The position numbers and the translations under genes were made by a program. From IMG/VR virus record IMGVR_UViG_3300050034_000334: a stretch of DNA of 64,000 nucleotides. One strand, written 5' to 3'. Each line of letters opens with the position of its first letter. The stretch's first letter is position 1. The notes beneath the pieces are model-generated. The model did no database searches and was not told the origin of the DNA. It worked only from the letters and a program-made list of their open reading frames with translations. Below, in pieces: positions 8,530 through 17,629 of the stretch. This DNA comes from a virus (taxonomy: Duplodnaviria; Caudoviricetes).

Positions 8530-10011
8530 TTATCCTTTGTAGATGTTGACCTCATCCTGAGGATTGAAGCGACGAACCTGACCTGGCTCGCCCAGAAGTG
8601 CAACCTTGCCACCTTCCAAAGTCGCTTTCTTCACAGCCATGAAAGTACCTGACATGGCAAGAATATCGCCAGGCTGAATCATGTCAGCTGTCACCCAATG
8701 AAGTTCCTTTGATCGAGTTGAAGCATACAAACCCCAGTCAACAGTATGATTCAGCTTCTCTCCTCTGGGCACGTCGTTCTCTTCCAGTCCAGGACGGAGG
8801 ACTCTGTTGTCAGGACCAGTGGTGGTGAATTTCCATTCCTTGGTATCTGGGAAGGAGTACTGAATGTCCTCCACCATATCCTCAAGAGCTTCATCGATGT
8901 TCTCGCTAGCACCAGAGACCGATATTCGAATCCACTTCTTGCTTGGGTCACTGAAGACATACCCGCGATCAAGGCGGTCAAAGGAATATCCATGAGAGGG
9001 CAGTCCATTTGCACTGCAGAACTTCTCATGAAGACACATTATCTTGAGACCACGATCGTTCTTCGTATACATCCTGTACATGGGGAAGACGTATGGTCCG
9101 TTGTCAGGAGTCCAGAGCCACTTCATCTCAGGTGCGAGAGCCGTGGGTGTCTTGTATCCTTCGGGGATGTAGTAACTGGCCTTCTTGCTCATCGAACCGA
9201 GCTTGGGTGGCTCATTGATTCCCTTGACGATGCCGTGATCCCAGTTCTTCCCACAGTCGTTGCACTTGGCTGTCTCAAAGTCAGTCGGCATCAGGCTGTA
9301 ATCAGAGGATCCACAGTTGGGACACTTTGGTTTCTTTGTAGACTGTTTACGGGCACTGGGCTTGTTGAAATCTCCATAAGTATACTTGTGGCATGGACGC
9401 ATGTTCTTAACCTGAAGACGAACACCTTGCTCCGGAGTGATTTCTCCACCAGCACCCTGAACTTCAGGTTCCCAGAAAGTACCACCCCATCCACGCAGAA
9501 CTGTTCCGCCATCGACTGGGAAGGCCAGCAAGGGATAGTTTTCACTGAGATAGCTAGCAAGATTTCCTTCTATTTCTCCAACACGTTGAATCCAGCCTTC
9601 TCCAAGATCTGCAGTTGATATGGTGCGTAGTTTTGTGATCCATTGATTGATTTGTTCTATTGTACCATTCATTCCAGTGGAGATCATGGGATACTGATCT
9701 CCTCTAGGACCATGGTCTAGTGCTTTGCCAAAGTAGACTGCATACTCTTCTCCAGAAGCCGTCTTGTTGCCATCACGAACGGAGATCAGAGTGATGCCCT
9801 TTTCCCTGGCCTTGAACGGATCGACGATGTGGTCTTTCCAGCGCACCGTCCACAGGGCCTTCTCATCTGCCTTGGTGGGAGACTTGACGATGTCGACCAT
9901 GGGGCCAAACACATCCACCAACTGAAAGTTACGCTCTTGCTCAGTGGGGAGCAGACCGATGATTTCAGCATGATGCCAAGGATTGGCCGCCAGCAATAGC
10001 TTAGAGATCAT
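8530..10011 (-). CDS. Modular protein with one copy of the repeat domain of 1258..4242 plus a Zn ribbon
   Basis: After NKTASG: EYAVYF..STGMNGTIEQINQW..LAFPVDGGTV..EQGVRLQVKN; then CPNCG..KCNDCG; KKAS before the next module. Confidence 0.7.
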   Translation of the reverse strand: MISKLLLAANPWHHAEIIGLLPTEQERNFQLVDVFGPMVDIVKSPTKADEKALWTVRWKDHIVDPFKAREKGITLISVRDGNKTASGEEYAVYFGKALDHGPRGDQYPMISTGMNGTIEQINQWITKLRTISTADLGEGWIQRVGEIEGNLASYLSENYPLLAFPVDGGTVLRGWGGTFWEPEVQGAGGEITPEQGVRLQVKNMRPCHKYTYGDFNKPSARKQSTKKPKCPNCGSSDYSLMPTDFETAKCNDCGKNWDHGIVKGINEPPKLGSMSKKASYYIPEGYKTPTALAPEMKWLWTPDNGPYVFPMYRMYTKNDRGLKIMCLHEKFCSANGLPSHGYSFDRLDRGYVFSDPSKKWIRISVSGASENIDEALEDMVEDIQYSFPDTKEWKFTTTGPDNRVLRPGLEENDVPRGEKLNHTVDWGLYASTRSKELHWVTADMIQPGDILAMSGTFMAVKKATLEGGKVALLGEPGQVRRFNPQDEVNIYKG

Positions 10012-10012
10012 G

Positions 10013-10234
10013 TCAGTCCTTTTGTTCCTTCTGCTCTGCCCGCAAACCTGCGATCACTGGAAGCAGGACCTCTTGGATTTGATACATGAAGAAAGAAACC
10101 AGTTTCTGAGCACCAGGTTCAGCTATCTGTTCTTCAGTGACTGCATCCCAGATGTCCTCAATGACCAGATTATACCCTTGATCCTTGGTCACATCATTGT
10201 GCTGAAGAAAATCAACAAGTTCAGTGGTTTTCAT
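10013..10234 (-). CDS. Hypothetical protein
   Basis: GGAGG RBS upstream of ATG 10234. Confidence 0.6.
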   Translation of the reverse strand: MKTTELVDFLQHNDVTKDQGYNLVIEDIWDAVTEEQIAEPGAQKLVSFFMYQIQEVLLPVIAGLRAEQKEQKD

Positions 10235-10290
10235 GCTAACCTCCACCTGTTGGAGTAACCGCTATTCGGATTTCTTCCGTAGAATAAAGC

Positions 10291-11301
10291 ATGCCTCTGA
10301 TTTGCTATACTCCGAAGACGTTCAATGCTGACAAGCTGGATCTGATCGCCAAAGCCAATGTCATCTTGAACCAGTATGCATCAGACGGTTACGATCTCAC
10401 CTTGCGCCAGCTGTACTATCAGTTTGTGTCCAAGAACTACATCCCCAACTCAGTCAAGGAGTATGTCAAGCTCGGAGATCTCATCTCCGATGCCCGACTC
10501 GCTGGACTCGTGGACTGGTTCATGATTGTAGATCGCGGTCGTGGAATGGTCAAGAACAATCACTGGCAGAAACCCAGTCAGTTGGTCGAAGCGGCGGCGG
10601 ACCAATTCGCTACCGACAAGTGGGACAATCAAGCACACTATGTAGAAGTCTGGGTGGAGAAGGATAGCCTCCGTGGCATCATCGCCAGAGCTTGCCAGCC
10701 TCTCGATGTTCCACATTTCAGTTGCCGTGGATACAACTCTCAGTCGGAAATGTGGGTCGCTGCCCAGCGTCTACTGGTTGCCCGGGAGAAGGGCAAAGAG
10801 GTTCACATCATCCACCTTGGCGACCATGACCCAAGTGGAATCGACATGTCTCGGGATATGGAAGACCGGCTCACAATCTTCACTCGTGACCCAGTCCACA
10901 TTGATCGTATCGCGCTGAACATGAACCAGATTCAGCAGTACGATCCTCCTCCGAACCCGGCCAAGATCACCGACTCTCGCTATGAATCATATCGCAAGCA
11001 CTTCGGTGAGAGTTCCTGGGAACTGGACGCATTGGCTCCGGAGATCATCGTTGATCTCATCGAAACTGCTGTCAAGAAGTATCGCAATCAGGAACTCTGG
11101 GACAAAGCTGTCAAGGATGAGAAGCGTGGCAAAGACACACTTCGCTACATCCACCAGTATTTTCCAGAGGTTGTGAAGTTCATTCGTTCCGAGCGCGAGA
11201 AGGACGACTCTCCGGTCATCTGCCAAGGATGTGGAGCTACTCAGGCCAACCCTCGCTGCCTGTGCCATGACGAACCTCGACCCAAGTGGATTCTGGAGTA
11301 A
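10291..11301 (+). CDS. Topoisomerase VI subunit A/Spo11-like Toprim-domain protein
   Basis: LTLRQLYYQ winged helix with Tyr, VEVWVEKDSL, RGY.S and HLGDHDPSG (DxD) Toprim motifs, WELDAL. Confidence 0.75.
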   Translation: MPLICYTPKTFNADKLDLIAKANVILNQYASDGYDLTLRQLYYQFVSKNYIPNSVKEYVKLGDLISDARLAGLVDWFMIVDRGRGMVKNNHWQKPSQLVEAAADQFATDKWDNQAHYVEVWVEKDSLRGIIARACQPLDVPHFSCRGYNSQSEMWVAAQRLLVAREKGKEVHIIHLGDHDPSGIDMSRDMEDRLTIFTRDPVHIDRIALNMNQIQQYDPPPNPAKITDSRYESYRKHFGESSWELDALAPEIIVDLIETAVKKYRNQELWDKAVKDEKRGKDTLRYIHQYFPEVVKFIRSEREKDDSPVICQGCGATQANPRCLCHDEPRPKWILE

Positions 11302-11302
11302 A

Positions 11303-11641
11303 ATGTCTACCCTCGATGCTTTGAAAGGTTTCTACGAGCAAGAAAAGGATCAGCCTCTCAAACTGATGTATCTGTCTGTTGGCAGCTTGAAGGGTTGGCT
11401 TGGAGCATTCATTGTACTTGCTCATGGACCTAACGATGCCGTACTGAAACTGACTCTAGACCACCCGGACATTCAGCCTGATCATATCCTGGGATCGCCA
11501 CTTTCAGACGATATGATTGTCTCTGAGTCCGATCGGAATAGACTTCTCACCAAGTCAGAAGTGGAAGCTATTTTCGGAAAGCTCGAACATCTGAGAACAA
11601 ACCTTTGTTGTGGCCATACTCGTGTAGTGGAGGATCAATGA
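11303..11641 (+). CDS. Hypothetical protein
   Basis: ATG 1 nt after the upstream stop; ATGA-coupled to the next gene. Confidence 0.6.
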   Translation: MSTLDALKGFYEQEKDQPLKLMYLSVGSLKGWLGAFIVLAHGPNDAVLKLTLDHPDIQPDHILGSPLSDDMIVSESDRNRLLTKSEVEAIFGKLEHLRTNLCCGHTRVVEDQ

Positions 11642-11850
11642 GCCTAGCACCGCAGAATCTCGTAGACAAGAAGTGGACCACAGAGATTTCTCTCACTCAA
11701 CCAGAGATGAGGGAACTACATGAGTCCGTGGACTTCTTGAAGACCATGCTCAAGGATGCACTAGAACAGGGTCCACTTGTCATTCATCCCACCGGCGCTG
11801 CAATCAAGTACATTGAACTTCTGACAAAATTCATGGATAAGAACTTCTAG
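11638..11850 (+). CDS. Hypothetical protein
   Basis: GGAGG RBS, ATGA overlap. Confidence 0.6.
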   Translation: MSLAPQNLVDKKWTTEISLTQPEMRELHESVDFLKTMLKDALEQGPLVIHPTGAAIKYIELLTKFMDKNF

Positions 11851-11891
11851 ATTCCTAACCGTTTGAAACTCGCATCAGGTAGAGAGAAGGT

Positions 11892-12152
11892 ATGAGTCAA
11901 GCATATTCTCACGCCACTGTCGCCGCTGCCTTTGAGATCGCCGCCAAGACCACGACGATCGCCCTGACCAAACGGGCCTTCGAATTCGCCATCCTTCGCG
12001 ACAACCAGATGTACTCTTACGATGGCTGGTCTTTCATCCAGCACATGAACGAACTCTGGATCGAAGGAGAAGTTGACGGTCAGAAACGCTATCGCATGGC
12101 AGAGCACCTGGGATTCGGATGGGTGTCTGGTGCCAGTTTAGAGGTAGTGTAA
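11892..12152 (+). CDS. Hypothetical protein
   Basis: AGAAGG RBS; TAATG-coupled to the next gene. Confidence 0.6.
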   Translation: MSQAYSHATVAAAFEIAAKTTTIALTKRAFEFAILRDNQMYSYDGWSFIQHMNELWIEGEVDGQKRYRMAEHLGFGWVSGASLEVV

Positions 12153-12343
12153 TGCTGACAGTCACGACCACCTACACCATCGTGCCAGTGAACTACGTCA
12201 TCAAGACTGAGTTTGTAAATCCTCCCATACCTGACCGCAGCAAAGACTGGTGCGCGTTCCCAGAAGGTCAGGAAGAAGCCGGTCCCTATGGATGGGGACG
12301 CACCGAAGAGGAAGCGATCGAGTCCTTCATGGAGAATCTATGA
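12152..12343 (+). CDS. Hypothetical protein
   Basis: Coupled start and stop; ends GPYGWGRTEEEAIESF. Confidence 0.55.
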   Translation: MLTVTTTYTIVPVNYVIKTEFVNPPIPDRSKDWCAFPEGQEEAGPYGWGRTEEEAIESFMENL

Positions 12344-12492
12344 ACGTCGCCGAATACCTCTCCGCTCGCGGCTGGAAACTCTACCGCACAAGGTTTGAAG
12401 GAAAACCGGCTCAGTGGTCCTCTCCCTACGAGAACAAGGTATACGATCAGAAAGAAGCATACAAGACCGAGAAAGCAAAGTGGGCCAAGTGA
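12340..12492 (+). CDS. Hypothetical protein
   Basis: GGAG RBS, ATGA overlap (MNVAEYLSARGW). Confidence 0.55.
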   Translation: MNVAEYLSARGWKLYRTRFEGKPAQWSSPYENKVYDQKEAYKTEKAKWAK

Positions 12493-12761
12493 GCCAGTAC
12501 CTTACATTGCGCGATGTAGACGAGATGCCCATCTCGGATTTCGAAGTCTACAACGAATGGATGGAGGCAGTTCGGCACTTCGGTTACACGATTGCTCTCG
12601 CCAATGCCCGGCCTCGTATCGCGCTTCTGCTCAGCATGACTCCTGAGCGAGTTCAAGGTTTCATGGAGAAGTTCGACCTGGAACACAATCCTCCTCGCTT
12701 TCCAATAGGTTCTGAAGAAACAGAAGAAATGGAGCTTACAAATGAACAGCCACAATTTTGA
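12489..12761 (+). CDS. Hypothetical protein
   Basis: GTGA overlap start (MSQYLTLRD). Confidence 0.55.
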   Translation: MSQYLTLRDVDEMPISDFEVYNEWMEAVRHFGYTIALANARPRIALLLSMTPERVQGFMEKFDLEHNPPRFPIGSEETEEMELTNEQPQF

Positions 12762-12903
12762 ACTGATCACGAAGTGCATCGAAACTCAGCGTCGTTGGAT
12801 GCACGCGGCAAGCAGGATCACGGAAGCTAACCCATCGACCGTCCAGCAATATGGGTTCGCCTCCGTTTGTACAAGAACATTTTGGAGGATTCTTCACTCT
12901 CAT
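12736..12903 (-). CDS. Small Cys/His protein (55 aa)
   Basis: Manual translation MRVKNPPKCSCTNGGEP...DPACRVHP; ATGA-coupled to 12900..13073. Confidence 0.55.
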   Translation of the reverse strand: MRVKNPPKCSCTNGGEPILLDGRWVSFRDPACRVHPTTLSFDALRDQFKIVAVHL

Positions 12904-13073
12904 TTATGTTTCCTCATCTGCGCAACTACTAAGTTGACATGCTCATGGCTGTAGTCCAGCGTTCCATCGTCCTGCCAGAGCGTGTCTGCGATTGCTTTGG
13001 CTGTCTCATGGGCTTTCGGGGAATGGTCCCGCAGTACGTCGAGCGCGTGTTCAATCATGCGGTGACGCTTCAT
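12900..13073 (-). CDS. Small hypothetical protein (57 aa)
   Basis: Manual translation MKRHRMIEHALDVLRDH...; ATGA overlaps at both ends. Confidence 0.55.
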   Translation of the reverse strand: MKRHRMIEHALDVLRDHSPKAHETAKAIADTLWQDDGTLDYSHEHVNLVVAQMRKHK

Positions 13074-13153
13074 TTGCCGTCATCCTTGAGCATCATCCAA
13101 ACGACAAAGCCGAGAAACAGAAAGACAATCAGGGTATCCAATACTTCACTCAT
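13070..13153 (-). CDS. 27-aa single-TM peptide
   Basis: MSEVLDTLIVFLFLGFVVWMMLKDDGK; start overlaps the upstream stop. Confidence 0.5.
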   Translation of the reverse strand: MSEVLDTLIVFLFLGFVVWMMLKDDGK

Positions 13154-13526
13154 GCTCAGCCTCCGGTGTCTGCGCGGGCAACGCTATAGCAGCGTCGCGT
13201 AATTCCTTTGCTCCTCGCCATGCATCACAGCAAGCGCAATTATCTTCTGGACGGCATCCTTCCCATCCTCCCAGTTCTCCTGCTGCGTGCGCTGCTGATA
13301 AAGCCATCCTCAGCCGTTGGTTCTCAGCTTGAAGCCTTCCGTTTGCCAGTGCCGTTGCCTCGTACTCAGACTTGATGGACGCGAGTTGCGCCTCGGCCCG
13401 CGAGAGGTCATAGACCAGCATTTGTACTGTAGATGCGCCGCTACCCATTACGCCGCCTTCGCCGACAAGCGCCTGATTGTAAGTACCAACCAGGCGTTCC
13501 GCGATCTCCACGCCGTTAATTTTCAT
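13146..13526 (-). CDS. Hypothetical coiled-coil protein with Cys-rich C-terminus
   Basis: ATGA-coupled; CRPEDNCACCDAW. Confidence 0.6.
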   Translation of the reverse strand: MKINGVEIAERLVGTYNQALVGEGGVMGSGASTVQMLVYDLSRAEAQLASIKSEYEATALANGRLQAENQRLRMALSAAHAAGELGGWEGCRPEDNCACCDAWRGAKELRDAAIALPAQTPEAEHE

Positions 13527-13834
13527 TTCGCCACCGACTTGTCCTTCACAACCTCATGCGCCTTGACGCAGACGATGGTAAGCGTGTCATCGTTCACCGT
13601 GCCGTAGCAACGGTACTCGTTGTTGGGATCGTCCACCGTAAAAATGTAATGTCCGTCGGAAGTCACTTTCTCAGTGGCCGTGGCGTACCTCGTGATAACC
13701 ATGGTGCCTGAATTCATATACCAAACATCCTCTGGGTATATTGCCTTCGTCTCTGGCTTGGCTACTGGCAAGGCTGGCTTGACCGTCTGCGCCGAAAGCG
13801 CTGCTGCGAATAGGAACACTGCGAGTGTCTTCAC
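13523..13834 (-). CDS. Secreted small protein (signal peptide)
   Basis: GTG start with AAGGAG RBS and GTGA overlap; MKTLAVFLFAAALSA|QT looks like a Sec signal peptide. Confidence 0.6.
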   Translation of the reverse strand: MKTLAVFLFAAALSAQTVKPALPVAKPETKAIYPEDVWYMNSGTMVITRYATATEKVTSDGHYIFTVDDPNNEYRCYGTVNDDTLTIVCVKAHEVVKDKSVAK

Positions 13835-14703
13835 TTCGTCTCCTTTGCGATCTCTTCCATAACAGTTGCTGCTAGCGTATTTGGGTCCCACGCTGCACCG
13901 TTAACCAGCTTCGCCTGCTGGAACCGCTTGGTGATGCGCTCCTGGAGGGTGGGCGGCAGTGATCCGTCCTCTACGCGTGCACGAATCTTGCTGGATGCGA
14001 ATAACGCATCGCTAACGTTCCATCCGTGCTCATCTAAGAGGTATGCCGCCGCCGCCTTCGACCACCGCGCATTGCTGTCCTGCTGAATTAGGCGGATTAC
14101 TGCATCCACCGCTTGCCGATTTCGTCCTGCTTCTTCTGTCCGAAGATGGTTAGCCTGTAAGAATGCAGACATTGCCCTATCAGCCAGATCGCCGTCTACC
14201 GGAGCGGGCTGCGTTCCCCTGTGCTGGTCTTCCCAGTCGGCTTGAGCGACGGATGCAATGGAAGTAGGAGCCGCGACATCGCATTTGTCGCGTAGGTCGC
14301 GCAGTCGGGTACACGTGTCGTTCCATGTCGGACTATTACCTGCCTCGTCTATGTAGCGCCCCTGAACCCATTTGTTGAGCATATCTACTGCGTCTGCGAG
14401 AGCGTCCCAGTCAGCTTTGGTAAGCATCGCGGATGGTTGCATAGCGGGTCGCTTGGCGAGAACTTCGTCTACGCGAGAGAATACGACATCTCTGCACGGT
14501 ATGCACAGATCGTGCCAAATCTCATCCTTTTCCTGAGGTGTCAGCGGCGCAGCCGGTTCCGTGGGAGCGTACTGCACGTGTGGGGCAATAGCTGTAAGAA
14601 TCTCGTCAGGGTCTAGAATTTTGACTAAGCTCTGCTTTGCCAGCGCCGCTTCGTTCCATGCCCGTTTTGCATTCTGCCTCATTGTTTCCGTCAATTCCAT
14701 CAT
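13831..14703 (-). CDS. Hypothetical protein
   Basis: 290-aa ORF, AAGGAAGG RBS, coupled at both ends. Confidence 0.6.
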   Translation of the reverse strand: MMELTETMRQNAKRAWNEAALAKQSLVKILDPDEILTAIAPHVQYAPTEPAAPLTPQEKDEIWHDLCIPCRDVVFSRVDEVLAKRPAMQPSAMLTKADWDALADAVDMLNKWVQGRYIDEAGNSPTWNDTCTRLRDLRDKCDVAAPTSIASVAQADWEDQHRGTQPAPVDGDLADRAMSAFLQANHLRTEEAGRNRQAVDAVIRLIQQDSNARWSKAAAAYLLDEHGWNVSDALFASSKIRARVEDGSLPPTLQERITKRFQQAKLVNGAAWDPNTLAATVMEEIAKETK

Positions 14704-14798
14704 GCCCTTCCTTTCGACTCCCGGTAAATCTCTTTCTGTTTATCCAGCCACTTTTTCGATACTACTGGAGGCGCAACCTTCATATGTATTCCTACCAT
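14700..14798 (-). CDS. Small basic peptide (27-32 aa)
   Basis: (MVGIH)MKVAPPVVSKKWLDKQKEIYRESKGRA; bridges two coupled genes. Confidence 0.4.
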   Translation of the reverse strand: MVGIHMKVAPPVVSKKWLDKQKEIYRESKGRA

Positions 14799-15100
14799 TT
14801 TATTTTCTCTTCCTGTTTACTCCGCAGATGTTTTCCCATGCGCGTTAGGATACCGTTGATCCTACCGACTCTGTTCTTCAGTATCTTCTTCGCTTTATAT
14901 GCGGCGTACTGAGCACCACAAAGAGGGCAATCATTCATTTCGGCTTCTTCATCATCGCACTCCCCAAAGCCGTATTCCTTTCCTGCCGCCTTCCAGTTTC
15001 CGATATGGTCATTTCCTACATTATTCTCTTCTAGCAAAGAGCATTTCAAGGCTTTTGTACGTTCGTACTCATTGAGATGATCGATCGCACGCAAGAGCAT
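14792..15100 (-). CDS. Hypothetical protein
   Basis: 102-aa ORF with CPLC; start uncertain. Confidence 0.45.
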   Translation of the reverse strand: MLLRAIDHLNEYERTKALKCSLLEENNVGNDHIGNWKAAGKEYGFGECDDEEAEMNDCPLCGAQYAAYKAKKILKNRVGRINGILTRMGKHLRSKQEEKIKW

Positions 15101-15458
15101 AGAACGCCAAAGATATTGAAGGTCTTAGGAAATGCTATGTATTTTATGGTGCTCACATCACTCCTGAAGATTACGCAGTTCTCAGAGGATCGTATACTGG
15201 ACCTGTATACCCCTATTGGGAATATATCAGGAGATTGGCAATCAAAACATCTCTCTTGTTACGATCTCTCAATTTCTTTTCCGCATCACAGCATTTCCCA
15301 ATCCACAGTTTTCGCTCGGAGTCGTACTTGATGATCTTCTTGTTCGCCGATGAAAAGACGCAGCGCAGGTTGATCACCCAGGAAGACTGTATAACGCAGT
15401 GGAAAACCAACCTGCGCTATCAGGACACTAAAGTACCAACAGTGTGTGGGTTGAAGTT

Positions 15459-16142
15459 TTAGGACTTTTTTAACCAAGATCCAGTCTCAGGATTTCTTGA
15501 CCTGAGAGCCGCCGCTGCTACCATCTTCTTTGAAATTCTTTCTCTGTATTCAGGATCCTTCCATCTTTCTCTGGTACTCTTACCCACGGCCACCTTGAAC
15601 TCTTGTGTATCCCAATGCATATTTTCTCTTGCATTGGGATCCTTAAAGTACTCTCTCACTCTTTCTCCCACCACCTTTCTCTTCGAAGGATCGTCTTTGT
15701 AGTATTCATCCCACATTTCTCTCATGTGCTTCTTATGCTCCGGACTTCCTATCACTAATCGGAGTTTCGCTGGCATTCCTCGTTTTACAGCTTTTCTAGA
15801 CTGGAGTTTTCTACTCTCCTCCGAAAACTTGAATCCTAGCATGGAGAACGCTGTTCTACACAGATTGTAGCCGAACTCAGTCAGGTAGCATTTCGTTTTA
15901 TCTATCCAGTGCTGCTCTCTTTCTACCAATTTATCCTTTTCACAGTGCTCGATGATAGAGAACACAAACTTGTCTTCTCCATACTTATCCCAGGCTCTCT
16001 GAAATTTGCTGTTAGGGTGAATGCCTCTTCTCAGATCCTCTATATGACATTTCCTCCGCCGGTCAAGTTCAGTGGATGACCCAACGTATCTCTTATTGTT
16101 CACGATGTTTAGAAACTGATATACTCCTGATGATTCTCGCAT
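15459..16142 (-). CDS. GIY-YIG homing endonuclease
   Basis: SGVYQFLNIVNNKRYVGSS..R...H..LE.EQ.WI..GYNL; start moved to ATG 16142. Confidence 0.9.
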   Translation of the reverse strand: MRESSGVYQFLNIVNNKRYVGSSTELDRRRKCHIEDLRRGIHPNSKFQRAWDKYGEDKFVFSIIEHCEKDKLVEREQHWIDKTKCYLTEFGYNLCRTAFSMLGFKFSEESRKLQSRKAVKRGMPAKLRLVIGSPEHKKHMREMWDEYYKDDPSKRKVVGERVREYFKDPNARENMHWDTQEFKVAVGKSTRERWKDPEYRERISKKMVAAAALRSRNPETGSWLKKS

Positions 16143-16167
16143 GAGCTCATTACCCCAAATGTTATTT

Positions 16168-16185
16168 GACTTGGTAGATCTAAGT
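16168..16185 (+). promoter_or_regulatory. GACTT-N8-TAAGT motif directly before the ATG
   Basis: GACTT ggtagatc TAAGT ATG(16186). Confidence 0.55.
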
Positions 16186-17208
16186 ATGGATACGAAAGTT
16201 GAATCAATAATAAGACGTATACAGAAGCTGTTCAACATGGCGAACAATGCCGCCGGAAATGAAGAGCAGGCATCATCCGCACTTGCCAAAGCGCATGAAC
16301 TCCTGATGGCTCACAATCTGAGTCTGGCTGTAGTTCAGGACACCGTCGTGAAGGGTGGAGTCCAGAACGGCACCGCCGTCACTGAGGAAGTCCGCAAGCC
16401 TGTCACCATCAAGCGCAGCGCGATGTACAAGTGGCAACGCCGGATGTGGGGCACCCTGGCTCATGTCAACCACTGTTTTCACTGGGTTCACGATGTCAAG
16501 GATGGGAATCACAAGAGCCGTTGGGATGACGGATACAAGACCGCTCGCTGGGTGAAGCGCCACGTCATCTTGGGTCGCGAGAGCAACGTGATCGTCGTCA
16601 ACCTGATGGGCGAGTATCTCTGTGACACCATTGAACGCCTATGCCCCTATGCTCCGGTCGACCGTCTGAGCCGCGCTGCGGTCAGTTGGCGGGAAGGGGT
16701 TGCCGACCGACTCACTGAACGTCTGGTCGATCAGCAGGAGCAAGAAGAGGCAGACAATCGTCCTCCCTGCCCTGAATCTCCAGGCCTCAAGAAGAAGTGG
16801 ATGGCTCAGTATGCCACCATGGCCCTGGCTCTCAAGGATGTCCGCAAGACGGAGTACGAAGCCAACTATGATGCCGTCCGTGGCGAAGGTGCCTACAAGA
16901 AATCTCAGGAAGCACGCAAGGTATCCGCAGTCGAAGCTGAGAGAATTCAGCAGGAGCGGATCGAGTTTCTACAGAACGAAAGTCCTTCGGATAAGAGGAA
17001 GCGCGAAGCTGAAGAAGAGCGCAGACGCATTCGTTCGAACGTGGAAGCGGAGCGCAGCTATCGCCGGCAAGAGCGTGAACGGCTGGACGATGCGGCTCGT
17101 ACCGACTGGCGCGCATATGACAAGGGCAAGAAGGTTGGTGATGGCATCAGCCTTACAACTCAGGTGGGTGGTTCAAGCTCCAAGCCCACTCCGGCACTGG
17201 AGGGATGA
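16186..17208 (+). CDS. DUF2786-domain protein
   Basis: IIRRIQKLFNMA....NEEQASSALAKAHELLMAHNL N-terminus. Confidence 0.8.
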   Translation: MDTKVESIIRRIQKLFNMANNAAGNEEQASSALAKAHELLMAHNLSLAVVQDTVVKGGVQNGTAVTEEVRKPVTIKRSAMYKWQRRMWGTLAHVNHCFHWVHDVKDGNHKSRWDDGYKTARWVKRHVILGRESNVIVVNLMGEYLCDTIERLCPYAPVDRLSRAAVSWREGVADRLTERLVDQQEQEEADNRPPCPESPGLKKKWMAQYATMALALKDVRKTEYEANYDAVRGEGAYKKSQEARKVSAVEAERIQQERIEFLQNESPSDKRKREAEEERRRIRSNVEAERSYRRQERERLDDAARTDWRAYDKGKKVGDGISLTTQVGGSSSKPTPALEG

Positions 17209-17588
17209 TGGCTGACGATTTTGTAAACGAGCACTGCGACTTCTGTTACTCAACAAACGTGGTCCACCATTTTCCTTGTCTGGACTTTGACAGTGAATCA
17301 AAGAACTCGGGTGTGGTATTCCTTCATCCAACGGATCACCTGCCGGTCAATGTCGTCCTTGCAAGCAGTGACTACTGGGCTGCCTGCCCGGCTTGCAAGG
17401 AACTGGTCGAGAAGGAGGATGTCCTCGGGCTGGTGAAACGAGCGATTGAGGAAGACGAAGAGGGAGAAAGGCTTTCCATCACCAGCAAGTTGAAGGTTGC
17501 CATTCACCTGCGCCAGACCTATGAGATGTTCTTCAAGCTGCGCATCCGCGATGGGAAGAACAGGGTCGTCCCTGTCCCTGAGTCTTAA
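17205..17588 (+). CDS. Hypothetical Zn-binding protein
   Basis: CDFC...WAACPAC; ATGA overlap. Confidence 0.65.
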   Translation: MMADDFVNEHCDFCYSTNVVHHFPCLDFDSESKNSGVVFLHPTDHLPVNVVLASSDYWAACPACKELVEKEDVLGLVKRAIEEDEEGERLSITSKLKVAIHLRQTYEMFFKLRIRDGKNRVVPVPES

Positions 17589-17629
17589 AGGAAAATCTCA
17601 CTACACAATCCTATCTTAGAGGATAGGTC

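Noticed and set aside
12742-13202. Plus-strand ORFs 12742..12954, 12939..13202 and 12992..13189
   Set aside because: Better explained by three overlap-coupled small minus-strand genes.
13523-13834. Host assignment (for example Acidobacteriota) from signal-peptide style
   Set aside because: Suggestive only; it needs homology or CRISPR-spacer evidence.
15100-15460. Several short overlapping ORFs on both strands
   Set aside because: No consistent start, RBS or coupling, so no gene could be called.
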